Counted from the first letter of the stretch, positions 50,066 to 64,000 are shown. The stretch is 64,000 nucleotides of DNA from Selaginella moellendorffii (GCF_000143415.4 NW_003314380.1:355061-419060); one strand, 5' to 3'. Numbers and translations are program-made. The notes: generated by a model not told the origin, from the sequence alone.

Positions 50066-53000
50066 ATGGCGCACTCTGGTAAGTTCGAGCACATCGATGC
50101 GTGGGGGAACAACAGCCGGCGCGGCAGCCTGCGCAGTAGCAGCGTCCGCAACTGGGGGATCGGCCCCGAGAGCGTCTTCAGCCGATCTTCCACCTCGCGG
50201 ACGGTTCCCGCGGCGAACGACGATGAGGAGGCTCTCCGGTGGGCCGCGCTGGAGAAGCTGCCCACGTATGATCGGCTGCGCACCACGATCCTCAAGAACC
50301 TCCAGGGCAGCCGGGTTGTCCACCAGGAAATCGATGTGCGGAATTTGGGGCCGCTGGAGCGCCAGATCCTCATGGACAATCTCATCCAGGCCACCGAGGA
50401 AGACAATGAGAAGTTCCTCAAGAAGCTCCGCAATCGAATCGACAGGTTAGAGCCATCCGGCTACTCACTCTTGCGCTTGATTGCTCAAGGCGATCTTCTT
50501 GGATGGCAGAGTTGGGATCGAGCTGCCCACCACCGAGGTGCGCTTCGAGAATGTGACGATCAATGCGGAATGCATGGTGGGAGGAAGAGCGCTGCCCACA
50601 CTCTGGAACGCTGTCAGGAACACGGCAGAGGTACCAAAGATTCATAGTTTTTTCACTTGAGTTTTGATTCATGGGGGATTCGTTGATTGCCCAGATGCTC
50701 CTCGGTGTCGTGGGAATCTCTACTGGAAAAAGCACCACTCTTACAATCCTCAAGGATGTGAGTGGAATCATCAAGCCTGGAAGGTACGATTCCAAAAGCA
50801 GAGAAAACAGGGACTGAAACATCTCATTGGCGCTGGCAGAATGACGCTCTTGCTTGGTCCTCCGAGCTCAGGAAAAACGACATTGCTACTTGCATTGGCT
50901 GGAAAATTGGACCCAACTCTCAAGGTAGATGACATTTCCTCCTAGGGCTCTTGGCTTTTTTTCTGATGCTCTCGTGCAGACGAGGGGACAAGTCACATAC
51001 AATGGCTACGAGCTTGACGAGTTCGTTCCGCAAAAGACGTCGGCTTATATCAGCCAGCACGATCTACACGTCGGTGAGATGACTGTTCGCGAGACACTGG
51101 AGTTCTCAGCAAGATGTCAAGGAGTCGGTACTCGATATGGTGAGCTAAAACTTTTGGTGCCTTTTAGGAATGTGTCTAATCCTAGAGCTTGTTCTGCGTT
51201 CCTAGAGTTATTAGCGGAGCTTGCGAGACGAGAAAAGGAAGCGGGGATTCTTCCCGATGCCCACATTGATCTCTACATGAAGGTAAAGTCGGAACGGCGT
51301 TTTCTTCACTGTTTTTTTTTTTTTTGCTGAAGCGGACTTTTCTTCTTATCTTTTTGCTGTAGGCCACAGCCACTGAAGGTGTCCAGAATGCCATTATCAC
51401 TGACTACACTTTGAAGGTTAGCTTTCTGGACAAGAAAATTCGTTATCTTTGGATGAGCTAATCGCTCTTTTCCATATTTGCAGATTCTTGGCCTTGATGT
51501 CTGTGCGGACACGATGGTGGGAGACGACATGAGACGTGGAATTTCCGGAGGGCAGAAAAAGCGAGTCACCACAGGTATGCGAGAAAGAAAAGCCGCTCTA
51601 GAATTTGTTTATAATTTGTTTATCTTTACCTTTGCCAGGAGAAATGATAGTTGGGCCTACGAAGACTTTGTTCATGGACGAGATCTCAACAGGCCTTGAC
51701 AGCTCCACCACCTTCCAGATCGTGAAATGCCTCCAGCAATTTGCTCACGTTATCGAAGGGACCGTGTTCATGTCACTCCTCCAACCAGCGCCCGAAACTT
51801 TCAATCTCTTCGACGACATCATTCTCCTTTCAGAGGGTCAGATTGTGTATCAAGGCCCGAGGAAGTACGTAATGGAGTTTTTCGAGAGCTGTGGGTTCAG
51901 GTGTCCCGATCGGAAAGGCATTGCGGACTTTCTGCAGGAGGTGAGTGCGAAATTTGATCTTTATTCTGGCTTTGACTTATTCCGTGAGTTTTTTGCTGTG
52001 CTGTTTGATCAGGTAACTTCTCGCAAAGACCAGCAGCAATACTGGGCTGATAGTCGTCGACCATACAAATACATTTCCGTTAAAGAATTCACTGAAAGAT
52101 TCAAACAATTTCACGTTGGACAGCAGTTGACCGCGGAACTCAAGCATCCATACCACAAGTCCAGCAGCCACAAAGCAGCTCTAGTCTTCAAAAGATACTC
52201 TGTGAGCAACCTGGAACTTTTCAAAGCAGGATTTGCTAAAGAGTGGTTGCTGGTGAAGCGAAATTCTTTCGTCTACGTCTTTAAATCCGTGCAGGTATGA
52301 ATTTCCTTTGGTTTCGTTTTTGTAATCTGGTGTTATGCTTTGTTATAGATTGTTATTATGGCTTTCGTTGCCATGACCGTTTTCTTGCGAACGAGAATGC
52401 ATCAAAGAAATCTCAACGACGCAAATGCTTACCTGGGGGCCTTATTTTTCTCGCTCATCACCATCATGTTTAACGGATTCTCTGAGGTTTCAATCACTAT
52501 CACTCGCCTTCCCGTGTTTTTCAAACAGCGAGACTTGCTCTTTCATCCGGCATGGGCTTACACGCTACCAACTTATGCGCTGAGCCTTCCATTTGCAGTG
52601 ATTGAGTCCTTCATATGGACTGCCATGACTTATTATGTCGAGGGGCTCGCACCCGAGGCCGGACGGTAAGTCTTCTACAAGCTTTTCTCATGCAGGTGAA
52701 TGAAGTTTTTATCTCGTAGATTTTTCAAGCACTTTCTAGTGCTCCTGCTTGTGCATCAAATGGCATCGTCACTTTTCCGCTGCATTGCGGGTTTGTGCCG
52801 GACTATGATCATCTCGAACACCGGAGGAGCCTTTTCGCTACTTGTCGTGTTCGTGCTTGGAGGATTCATTATATCAAAAGGTACTTGGCTGCTACAAACT
52901 CCAGCTAACCTCAACGAGCTTCTCTTACAAAATTTCAGATAGAATTCCGTCGTGGTGGATATGGGGTTACTGGATTTCTCCTCTAACATATGCAGACAGT

Positions 53001-55792
53001 GCAATCAGTATCAACGAGCTGCTAGCGCCTCGCTGGCGACAGGTGCGCGACGTTATTTGAGATTATAGGAAATCCAACGTCTTTTTTTTTTTTTTCTTGT
53101 ACAGCCCGTGGTGAACTCAACGCTTACGCTGGGTGTCAAAGCTCTTCGAGACAGATCGTTTCAGTATAGAGGCTATTGGTTCTGGATTGGTGTCGCGGCT
53201 TTAGTTGGTTTTGTTACACTTTTCAACGTTATCTATACGCTGGCTTTGACATTCTTGAAACGTCAGTATACCACATTATTTGAAGCAAATTGGAGCTAAC
53301 AGAACCGTCTTTATGAACAGCGCTCGGAAAGCCTCAGGCTGTTATCTCCGAGGAATCTATGGCAGAGATCCAAGCCAGCCAGCAAGGTATTGAATATGAT
53401 CCGTACGCGAAATCCCGAGAACGTTCAAACAGGAGATCTTTCCCGCGCTCACTGTCTTCTACTGACGCGAACAACTTGGGCGGTTTGTATACTTGCTATC
53501 TGCGAGCTTCCAACTTGATGGTTTAATGGTTTTTCTTTCCTTCAGGTGTTCAGATGCAGAGAATCTCAATGGGGAGAGAAGACATGAATCTGGCAACCGT
53601 AGAGGGAGTTGCTCCAAAGCGGGGAATGATTCTACCTTTCACACCTTTGTCAATTTCGTTCAATGATATAAGCTACTTTGTTGACATGCCAGCGGTACGT
53701 GTTCATCTGGTTTCTGGTATAATGTTCTTTGACATGTTTCTCTTGACATCAGGAAATGAAGGAGCAGGGAGTTACGGAGCCGCGGCTTCAGCTGTTAAAC
53801 AATGTGACTGGAGCTTTCCGTCCAGGGGTGCTGACTTCACTCATGGGTGTCAGTGGTGCTGGAAAAACAACACTGATGGACGTCCTGGCGGGAAGAAAGA
53901 CTGGCGGCTACATCGAAGGCGATATCAGAATTTCTGGCTATCCCAAAAAGCAAGAAACTTTCGCGAGGATTTCAGGCTACTGTGAACAAAACGACATTCA
54001 CTCGCCACAAGTGACCATTCGGGAGTCTCTCATATTTTCGGCGTGGCTGCGACTATCTAAAGACGTTGACGCCGACAGCAAAATGGTGAACGACTGCTTT
54101 ACGCCGAATCTATCTTGATATGTTTTCGTTGCAGCAATTCGTCGACGAAGTTATGGAGCTGGTGGAATTAGAGAGCCTCGGGGACGCAATAGTTGGCCTT
54201 CCTGGAGTGACTGGACTATCCACTGAGCAACGCAAGCGTCTCACAATAGCCGTGGAGCTCGTAGCAAATCCTTCCATCATCTTTATGGACGAGCCAACGT
54301 CCGGGTTGGACGCAAGAGCTGCCGCAATCGTGATGAGAACGGTGAGGAACACAGTCGACACTGGAAGAACCGTCGTGTGTACCATCCACCAGCCGAGCAT
54401 TGACATCTTCGAGGCCTTCGACGAGCTTCTCTTGTTGAAAAGAGGAGGGCAGGTTGTCTACGCTGGGCCGCTAGGCAGGAATTCCCAAAAGCTGATCGAC
54501 TACTTCCAAGCGATCCCGGGAGTCCCGAAGATCAAAGACGGCTATAACCCCGCAACATGGATGCTTGAGGTGAGCTCAACGAGCGTGGAACAGAAAATGA
54601 ACGTGGACTTTGCAAACATCTACTTGAACTCGTCACTCTACCAGTGAGTTTTCTAGTTTCTCTCTTACCTTGGCATGATCTTCTTTTTCTTACAGACGAA
54701 ACAAGGCTCTTGTGAAGGAGCTGAGTGTCCCAGCTCCTGACAGGCGAGACCTCCACTTCTCAACGCAGTACTCTCAATCCTTTTACGGTCAGCTCAAGTC
54801 GTGCTTGTGGAAGCAAAACTGGACATACTGGAGGAGTCCCGATTACAACTGCGTCCGGTTCTTGTTCACAATCATGTCAGCGCTCTTGTTTGGATCGATC
54901 TTTTGGAACGTTGGACCAAAGAGGTAGAACATCTCTACTCATTTCCTCATGTTAACGCCGTTTTTGGAAACTCTACAGGAGTAGACAACAAGATCTCTTT
55001 AACGTGGCTGGTGCAATGTATGGTGCTACCATGTTTTTGGGGGTCAACAACTGCTCCACAGTCCAACCAGTTGTCGCCACCGAGAGAACTGTGTTTTACA
55101 GGGAGCGTGCTGCTGGAATGTACTCGGCCCTTCCTTATGCTCTAGCTCAAGTAAGTTTCTGCACTCCACACTATGTTTCATTCATTCACACTAAACTCTT
55201 GATCAGGTTCTTATCGAGATACCATACATTTTCCTGCAAACGATCTTCTACGCCGGCATCACGTACTCGATGATCAACTTCGAGTGGAGCGCTGCCAAGT
55301 TCATGTGGTACTTCTTCGTCATGTTCTTCACTTTCATGTACTTCACGTACTACGGCATGATGGCCGTGGCGATCACCCCAAACCACCAGGTCGCTGCCAT
55401 CATGGCCTCTTCCTTCTACTCGCTCTTCAATCTCTTCTCGGGCTTTATGATTCCCAAGCCGGTAAGCTGCATCCATTCTTTTGCTTTCGTTTGTTTCCTC
55501 ACAACGTTCCATTCCATTGCAGAGAATTCCAAAGTGGTGGATCTGGTACTATTGGATCTGTCCGGTTGCGTGGACAGTGTATGGCCTGATCGCGTCCCAA
55601 TATGGAGACGATCTCACGCCTCTCACCACACCCGATGGCCGAGGCACGACCGTCAAGGCGTTTGTGGAGAGCTACTTTGGTTACGACCACGACTTTTTGG
55701 GTGCCGTCGGGGGTGTCTTGGTCGGTTTCTCGGTCTTCTTCGCCTTCATGTTCGCCTACTGTATCAAGTACCTCAACTTCCAACTGAGGTAG
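50066..55792 (+). CDS. Full-size ABCG / pleiotropic drug resistance transporter
   Basis: [72 protein letters not shown] and C-terminal LNFQLR. Confidence 0.97.
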
Positions 55793-56011
55793 CTCTTCTT
55801 TTCCAATGAGCTTTGGGCTCAGCCAAGCAAAAGTTTGTGAGCTCATTACTAGGATGATACACTTTTGTAACATATGTATAAAAGATCAACAAAGCTTGAG
55901 AATTTCTTCATACAAGTTGAAACTTAGACCCGAGTTTTCAGGCTTTAAATTCATTATTTAAATACTACAAAAGTGTGAAAAATTTATAATTATTTATTAC
56001 AACTATAGCAA

Positions 56012-56572
56012 TCAATTACTCATCATCGAATGGATCAGGGACATACAATTTGCCTTGCTTCTCCACACATTGTCCAATGTTCCAGCGATGGGTAACTTTG
56101 GTAAAATCCGGGCAAGAAGGAAAGGGGCTACATCTGCCAAGAAGTGGTCATCCTTTGACCCCTCAAACTTTGGAGCCACCACCACGCTCTCTTGATGACC
56201 TTGGTAGAAGTCAATAATGTCATCCAGTGCCACCACCCGCTTGAAATCCCGAAACCTTACATGGTCAAGATTCTTGACTTTCGTCCCGTCCTTTAGAACA
56301 ACGCAATTGCCATAATGTAGCCTCCTCGACACAAGCCTCCCAGTAGGGTCTAGATGGTCAACCACGAGGTTGACATACTTCTCCTCGGCGGCACTAAACA
56401 CCACGATATCGTACACATTTGAAACCTTCCCCAGAAATTCATCTACACCTAATCTCTTCATGATGTGGAGTGGTGCATCATCGTCAAATTCCATGCTGAA
56501 ATCTTCAGAAGAGATGAGATCCTTATGAGCGTATACCAGTGGATTGTCTAAATCGAGAATGACATGATACCC
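56012..56572 (-). CDS. SCP/CTD-phosphatase-like (NIF/FCP1) protein, divergent; 5' exon not located
   Basis: HVILDLDNPLVY upstream and in frame, KRLGVDEFL, IVVFSAAEEKYV, LDPTG, KNLD...RDFKRVVALDD; acceptor-like ttttag near 56573. Confidence 0.6.
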   Translation of the reverse strand, partial: GYHVILDLDNPLVYAHKDLISSEDFSMEFDDDAPLHIMKRLGVDEFLGKVSNVYDIVVFSAAEEKYVNLVVDHLDPTGRLVSRRLHYGNCVVLKDGTKVKNLDHVRFRDFKRVVALDDIIDFYQGHQESVVVAPKFEGSKDDHFLADVAPFLLARILPKLPIAGTLDNVWRSKANCMSLIHSMMSN

Positions 56573-57278
56573 TAAAAAATGAAAGAAAACCTAAAACTTG
56601 AAGGATGGTTTCGGATCATTCAAATTAACAAGGAAAAAAAAAGGAATCTAAGTTGGGGCCAAAAGTAATTGCATTCATTTATAAGTAGGGATTAATAGTG
56701 CTAGGATTCCATTGTGCTGTGCTCATCCATAGCTTACATTTTCTACACAATGACCATGAAAAAATCACACCCAAGTTCAACCACTGTGATTTGGTATATG
56801 TCAATGCAGACTGAGATCTTTGGAACAAGATCCTTAAGAGTACATATGACCTTAGAAGATCATTTGGATCACTTTCAACCAGAATTTGGATATGTACAGG
56901 TCTTTGGTGAACTTTTCAACAGGGCAAAATAAGCCCAAGCCTCACAGCCACACTGGATCACCTAATGCCGGAGGATGGGGACGCTGCCAAGGAAGATCCC
57001 CTTTACATTGAGAGCCCACAGCTTTGCAACACCCCATGAACACCAATAGGAGCACGTGCCCACCTCAAACAACAAGTGAGACTTCAAAAAGGACATCACT
57101 CATCCAACATTTGATGCCGGAGGATAAGATGCTTAGAAGACTGATTGCTTCTGAGTTCCTTTATGTCTGTTGTTTTGTGCCTATGTGAAGCTATTGACAA
57201 AAAATGTGATGATCCATATGAACCTCTTCACAGGATCATGGGGAGAGAGAGAGAGAGAGAGAGAGAGTGTGTCTTTGC

Positions 57279-59176
57279 CATGACATCCAGCGAAGTAGCA
57301 AGAGGAGTGATCGCGGTGCCTCCTGCAGGCATCTCCACGCTAGGCCATCGCCAAATCGCGACTCTTCTGCGCCAATGTGGTGATTCCAAGTCCCTTCCGC
57401 GAGGGAAGCTCTTGCACCGCCGCCTGGCCGCCACCCTCGACCTACGCCACCACCCCTTGTTCAGCAATCTCCTCATCCTCATGTATGGGACCAGCCTCCC
57501 GGACGCATGGTCCGTCTTCCACGATCTCGTCCACAAGAACGCCTTCTCCTGTAACATCATGATCTCGACGCTCTGCGCAAACGGCGAGAGCGCGCAAGCG
57601 ATTCATCTCTTCCTCGCCCTCGCCAGCGATTCAGTCGTCCGCCCCACCCACGTCTCGTTCGTCGCCGCGCTCGCCGCCTGCGCCAATTGCCGCGATCTCC
57701 AGTCGGGCATCCGGATCCACGCCCAGATCGTCGCCGCGCCACCCGCGATCGCGAGCAATCCAGTCGTGTGCTGCGCCCTCTTAACCATGTATCGGAAATG
57801 CGGCAGCCTGGCAGACGCGCGGAAGGTCTTCGATGACATGCCTCGCAAGACGATAGTCGCCTGGAGTGCGATGCTGGCTGCTTACACCAGAAATCCCGAT
57901 CAGGGCGGGCTCCCCGCTGCGATCGAGCTCTATCGCCAGCTCCGGGATGCCGGCATTGGAACACTGCGATTGCCGCAAATGCCCATAATGGGCAGTTTAG
58001 AGCGGCGATTGCGCTGCAGTGGAAGTTGGATCTGGAAGGGATCGGGCCTGATATGGTGACGCTGACTGAGATCCTGGCAGCGTGTTCTTGGAAGCAGGAT
58101 AAAGCACAGGGTATAAAGATCCACGAGCGTACTTGCTCGTGTGGCTGGGAGCGTAATGTTGTCGCTGGAACCTCTATCGTCAAAGTGTGGCAGAATCAAG
58201 GAAGCAAAGCGTGTTTTTTGTCAAATGCACGTACGCGATGTTGTGACTTGGAACGCTATGATCTCCGCGCTTGCCCAGACCGGGCATTGCAGAGAGGCGA
58301 TCAATCTCTACAAGAAGATGGGCGTTCAAAGGAATTCGAGCAGTTTCATGAGCGCCCTCGGTGCTTGTGCATTTCTAGGATCTCTGCAAGACGGCAAAAA
58401 AATCCATGCCGAGGTCATTGCGAGATTTGCCAGCTTGTCTCATCGATTTCTCGAGACTGGAGTGGGTAATGCGATGATCAACATGTATGAAAAATGGCAG
58501 CAAGCAGTCGAAGCAAAGAAAGTTTTTGATTCATTAAAATTTAGAAATGTGATCACTTGGAACGCTACTATTGCAGCATTTGCCCAAAACGGGTATTTCA
58601 CAGAAGCCCTTGACTTGTACCATTGTATGGTTAAGAAATACTCGTCCGTGCGTCCAGACAATGTGACATACGTGAACGCTCTCCACGCTTGCGCGGGACT
58701 GGGATGGATCCCAGGGCAGGGATCTTCACTCGCGAATCGCCGCGAGCGAGTGGAGCAGCGACGCAGTGGTGATGAACAGCGTGATGAGCATGTTTGTGCG
58801 GTGCGGCAGCCCAGGCGAGGCCAAGCGCGTCTTCCTGGGTCTGAAGAACCGCTCCGCAGTGTCGTGGACGATCGCGATCGCTGCCACTGCACAGCAAGCG
58901 AGCAGCGGCGAGGCCGTGGAGCTGTTCTTGGGGATGGTCCACCCGGATTCCTACGCATTCGCAGGGATTCTCTTCGCATGTAGCCATGGAGGGCTTCTCG
59001 ACACCGGATGGAGCTGCTTCACATCGATGCGGCAGGATTTTGGCGTGGATCCGGGAGCCGAGCACTTAGATCTTCTGGGTCGTGCGGGGCGATCGAATCA
59101 AGCCAAAGAGCTCCTCCTCGCCATGCCCTTCTCTCTGGATGATATTTCTTGGACGGCTTCCGTGTCTATTAGGTGA
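57279..59176 (+). pseudogene. PLS-class PPR gene with multiple frameshifts
   Basis: PPR motifs (MYRKCGSLADARKVFD, DVVTWNAMISA, FACSHGGL, DLLGRAG) are split across ORFs 57145, 58026, 58141 and 58766 in different frames. Confidence 0.8.
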
Positions 59177-59204
59177 TCACTGTGGCGCGGCTCGAGATTC
59201 ACGA

Positions 59205-60351
59205 ATGGCGGCAGTGGCGTCTAGGATCGCTGTAGTGAAGGGACTGGCGGATGCATGGTGCCCGGTGAGTACCGCAGGGATTCAGATCCACGGGAGTGCG
59301 TGGAGATCGAAGAAATTCCTGTGATCGATCTGTTCGATGTGGAGAAGTGCTCCCCTGCTCGGATATTGGCGATTGATTCCATCCGGAGCGCGTCTAGAGA
59401 CTGGGGCTTCTTCCAGGTACACGAGATCGCTCACCATTGATTGAAATTCCACTGCGTTCTTGTAGATTATCGGCCATGGATTTCCAGAACAACTCATGGC
59501 GAACATGATGGAGCTCGTCCACGACTTCTTCCGCCTTCCCATCGAGGATAGGTCCGTGTACTACGCCGAGGATAGCTCCTCAAAGTTTCGGATGGGGACG
59601 AGTTTTATCCCGTCCAAGGAGACGCGACGAATGTGGCAAGACTACCTCCACCAGGCGTGCTATCCTCCCTGCGAGATCGCCCAGCTCCCGACTAAGCCTC
59701 CATCCTACGTGAAGATCTGGACCGCTTACGCAGAAGCCATGAACCGGTTAGCGAAAAGAGTGCTTGGATTGTTCTCGGAGTCACTGGGACTGGAAAGTGG
59801 TGCTCTGGAGGAAGCTTTTGGAGGAGAGAGGCATGCGATGAGGATGAACTACTATCCACCTTGTCCGGAGCCGGAGCTTACAATCGGACTGGACGCTCAC
59901 GCGGATCCAAACGGTTTCACTATACTCCAGCAGGACACCAGGGTGAAAGATGGCCTCCAGATTCTACACTGTGGAGCGTGGGTGCCGATCAAACCTCTGC
60001 CTGGCGCCTTTGTTGTCAACATTGGAGATCAGCTTCAGGTAAGCTTTCTTTCGATCGTCATCGTCGTGCATGCATGAGATTTCCAGGTTTTGATTGTGTG
60101 TTATTCAGATTCTTTCCAATGATGCGTACAAGAGTGTGGAGCACCGAGCAGTTGTCAACTCGGAGCGAACTCGAGTCTCCATTGCTTCATTCTATGGGCC
60201 AGCAGAAGATAGTCACATTGCTCCGCTGGCGCAGCTGGTCGCTGACGAAGCGCCTGCTTGCTTCAAAGAAAGCGTCTATGGAAATTACCTTCAATCGTTC
60301 TACGCTTCAAAACTAGATGGCAAAGCAGCCATTGAGACTGTAAGGTATTAA
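59205..60351 (+). CDS. 2-oxoglutarate/Fe(II)-dependent dioxygenase (DOXC class, DMR6/FNS-I-like), 3 exons
   Basis: IPVIDL, DWGFFQIIGHG, RMNYYPPCPEP, HAD (HxD), VVNIGDQLQ, distal His VEHRA and RVS. Confidence 0.92.
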
Positions 60352-62166
60352 ACTTTGTCTGCGTCTCGTTTAGGTTATGGTCATCCCACTCATTTCCACT
60401 CCCTTAGCCATTGGGTTGCACATCTGTGGGTTGTTGATGCAATAGCTAATGCAATAGCTAATGCAATAGCTAATGCAGAGGGTCTCAATCTTTCATACAG
60501 CCGCCTTGCTTTATTGATTTGATCCAACATAGAAAATTGGTGACATGCCAGAAAGAAAAGAAGTATAGAAGAATTTACATGTAACGAAACAAATCAAGGA
60601 ATTCTTTTCTGCTTTTTTTCCTTCTGGCAAGTCAATAATTTTCAGCTGGATCGAACCAACAAAGCAAAAGGTGGGAGATGTCTGAAGTTCTTAGAAAGAT
60701 TGAAATTGTTGGCGGAGGTGCAACTTAATGAAACGTATCACATGTTCTATTTGTCTTGCTCTCATTCGCTGAGCAGACTAGTATGAAGAAAGGATGACAA
60801 AAACCTCCTGTTGTTTACGAAGTTCTTGGAATTGTCATGTATGGCTCGCAAAAGCACAGAAAGCTTCAAGACTTGACCTTCCTGCTTGATTGCTTTAAAG
60901 CACCGCATGGCACAGACTGCAAACAAAGATTTATGACTGGTTTAAATTATGAAATCAAGATTTACCTTCAAAGTGCTTGCAAGAGCTACAATGCAGCCAA
61001 CCACGGCCAACAGTAACTGCTTCTCGTCCGAAATAGAAGTTTCAGAAATAAACCATGCTAGGATGTTCAGGCTATGTACTTGTACAGGCGTAGTGCTATC
61101 TGGTATTAGTGTTAGTGACGACAACTAAAACACTGAGCTTTCCAACAGAAAAGAAACAGCATCGGAAGTATGCCCGAGGAGAATTAACTGTAAACTTCTC
61201 ATGTGGGAAAGTTTTGCGAAAATAAGATAAATACTATGACGAACCTGCAATAGAGAAGATTAGTATTTCTTCTCGATGGAAACTCCCTAATTTTATTACG
61301 TTGGAGTCCAAGAACGAGATGATCCTACACAATACAAGAAGTTTCGCCAGACGTAGATACTGGTCAGCACCGAACTGAGAAACATAATCAACCTAAATTA
61401 TGCACAGATAAAAAAAACTTCATACTTAGCGATCCAAGAGTATCAGTGTTAGTTGCGATTGCTGACACTCCTCACAAAGAAATGGAACTATTTCTTTAAT
61501 AACTGCTCTGGGTTTCCCAGCTGGTTAATTTCTTGCGAGAATAATAAAACTCAAACTTACCATCGGGACCTTCCACAAAGCATATTGGAAGCCGCGAAGG
61601 CTCAACATTTTGGAGTTGTCAGATATCATAGCTGCTTCTAGCATTAAATCAGTTAGAATGTGATCCCGCACTGCAATTTATAGTTCACGTCAGTATACCA
61701 TGCATCTTGAACAAAATAGCTCGGGAGATGCAACAGTGTGGTGTCCACGGCTGGCTTCTTGTAGGATCCATGCATCTCACCTCAAGTGGGCAGAGATCAA
61801 GTGGAAGCTGGAGAGCTATCCCAATTCTCGGGAGATGCGATGAAGAAAATGGCGGGATTGTTGATTTTTGTAGAGAGAATATTCGCACCTTTGACCATTC
61901 ACTCACCATAACAGAACCCCACCACAGATCTTCCTCTCGCAGTGGAGTTGAATTGTGATCCACAGGAGCTGCAGGGGTGAGCTTTTAAGTGTTTTGAAGC
62001 TACTCTCTCTTGTTTTGACTTCCAGGTTCCGTGGATTCAATTCAGAAAGGCCTGTAGGAAAACGTTTCCCTGTAAAAGATCAACAGAGTTTCTTTTTGCC
62101 TATGGTGGAACCTCAATGCCAGGTACCTTTTTTGATGACTCTGCAAAATCATAGAAAGAAAGAAAC

Positions 62167-62171
<5 letters not shown>

Positions 62172-62239
<68 letters not shown>
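62172..62239. repeat. (GA)n microsatellite
   Basis: Uninterrupted GA dinucleotide run. Confidence 0.97.
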
Positions 62240-62241
<2 letters not shown>

Positions 62242-63799
62242 TTGATCCATCAATTTTATCTGTCTAGGTACTCCTCTTTTTAAATAATTTGTTGTACTAT
62301 TTAAAATACACTACTCCTCTTTTTAAATTATTTTTTGTGCTATCTAAAATATATCATAATGTATATTCTAATATATTTCTTAACATACTTGAATGCTAAA
62401 CATAACAACTAATGAAACTAGGCATTTGTTTAGATTGAGGCATTTGCATAATGTTAATTGCTAGCTATTGCGCATCAGGACAAATGGCGAGAAATGGTGT
62501 CCCCACTAGTCTCTAGTTTTTAAATAGCTAGAACAATGTTTAACTCTCTTAAGTTCTTTTGTGTTTAACCATCAGGCCATCAATCTTAGACGGCTGGATT
62601 TTGTGCCCTCTATATTACAGAAAGAAACCATGAGTGTGGAGGACTTAATGATGTTAATTTTAAATTTATTTTTAAGGTTTACATTGGCATTCTGTTACAT
62701 GTTAGTGTTAATAAGTGTTAATAGTTTTTTCAATATAGATTATTTACATTAGTGATAAGTTAGACAATTAAATTTAAACACTGATTACAAGTTAATTAGA
62801 GAAAGTTTAAGAGCCCTTAGATTAGAGAATATCCTAGAATATATTTAGATATCTAGGTATATGACTTTACTTTGTAAAGAAAAATTAAAAAAAATCTATG
62901 AGTGCATGAAATATGGAAATAAAATACAAAAATATGCATATTCAATTAGCTAAATATGCATATTCAATTATTAGTGGTCTAAATTAAAACCAATTCAATG
63001 GCTATCAAAATCCCATTACAGTAATAATAATAAATGGCATTGTAACCATACACTTGAACCTCATATCATCCTCTCCTTTTAGAAGAATGGAAAGTAGTTA
63101 TAATTGTTTGGTTGATAGGGATTTGGAGGAATATTAGGTGGAGGAACTAGTGGATCTGTAGATGCTAGTTATTTATGATCCTTTTGTATGAAGTATTTCA
63201 GCTATTTTATATGCACAATTTTTAGAGGATCAACCTATTGAATGTCATGCCAAACCTCATATACTTGTGTCCAATGTAAAAAAAAATGATTTGAGAGACA
63301 ATCCATAAAAGTTCAAATATAGAGGAAAAGGGCCCATGAATAAAAGTGCACCCCCTTTTTTAATTAATTAAGGGTCTTGGAATACTTTGAATAGTACTGA
63401 GTTAAGTGACTTCTCGAGAAGTCTAAATTCAAGAGCTTACATTCAATTTACCGCAACATCTGATACAATCTCTTCCACTAAGCAAGGAGCTATTTAGACA
63501 AACTATACACTATAAGATTGGGAAAATTAACTAACATAAGGTCATCTACTTTATACTTTACAGGTTAACAATGATGGGAGTATGCTCAGCAAGAAACACA
63601 TAAGAGTTCCTATCTTATGTTTATCTAGTATAAATATATACATAATGACCAATTTCTTAACTAGCTTGGGTGAAGATTGATAAAGAGTCTATTAATACCA
63701 ACCTCTTGTTGTCATGGCAGTAAAGAAAAAATATCTGAAATGACTTGTTGATGAATAATTTTCGATACCTACAATCATATTCCCAACACTTGAGTTGCA

Positions 63800-64000
63800 T
63801 ACAAATGAGATAATAATGGTGCTACAATTGTGGCAAGCTATCACAAGCCTTGCCACATCTAGAGATCCTCTTGTATATACATGTCCAACTGGAACATTGA
63901 TGTGATAGACAGGATCATTTCGGAAGCATTCATTGATGCACTTCATCCACGCACACCAGCGATGATTCCCGTCGATAATGTAGAACATTTTCCCCATAAA
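63800..64000 (-). CDS. Partial ORF/exon with a ParB/Sulfiredoxin-like motif, cut by the window edge
   Basis: FYIIDGNHRWCAW matches the ParB/Srx hallmark YxIIDGxHR. Confidence 0.4.

Noticed and set aside
50066-60351. ABCG/PDR transporter and 2OG-dioxygenase as members of the terpenoid cluster
   Set aside because: They are 14-24 kb away and separated by several housekeeping genes (OPT, VDAC, IMP-like, FCP1, PHD-like, MRS2). Membership is unsupported without co-expression data.
60436-60478. (GCAATAGCTAAT)x3 repeat, and similarly (GACACCAC)x3 near 5171
   Set aside because: Ordinary short slippage repeats

Overview
Gene-dense plant nuclear DNA with very short (about 45-70 bp) GT-AG introns and S-motif-rich PPR genes. 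This pattern suggests a lycophyte such as Selaginella (inference). Bases 1-13.5 kb hold TE remnants, tandem duplications and a 3-exon lineage-specific gene. Bases 14-27 kb and 37.6-60.4 kb hold tightly packed ordinary genes: O-fucosyltransferase, PP2C-kinase fusion, GH27 alpha-galactosidase, PPR, MYND zinc finger, OPT, VDAC, IMP-like, two HAD/FCP1 phosphatases, PHD-like, MRS2, ABCG/PDR, a PPR pseudogene and a 2OG-dioxygenase. The standout is an AT-rich, TE-associated island at about 27.6-37.3 kb carrying only isoprenoid-type genes. It contains an intact GGPPS-like ORF that keeps both Asp-rich motifs but has lost most IPP-binding residues (candidate IDS-derived terpene synthase). This ORF lies tail-to-tail, 16 bp from an intact non-canonical cis-prenyltransferase. 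The island also holds an inversion-broken CPT duplicate, a possible terpene-synthase relic and a CYP716-like P450 pseudogene carrying a Ginger-like TIR element. Other notable items are an MRS2/CorA transporter with a C-terminal EF-hand and a ParB/Srx-like ORF at the right edge. All exon calls were made by eye and no database searches were run.
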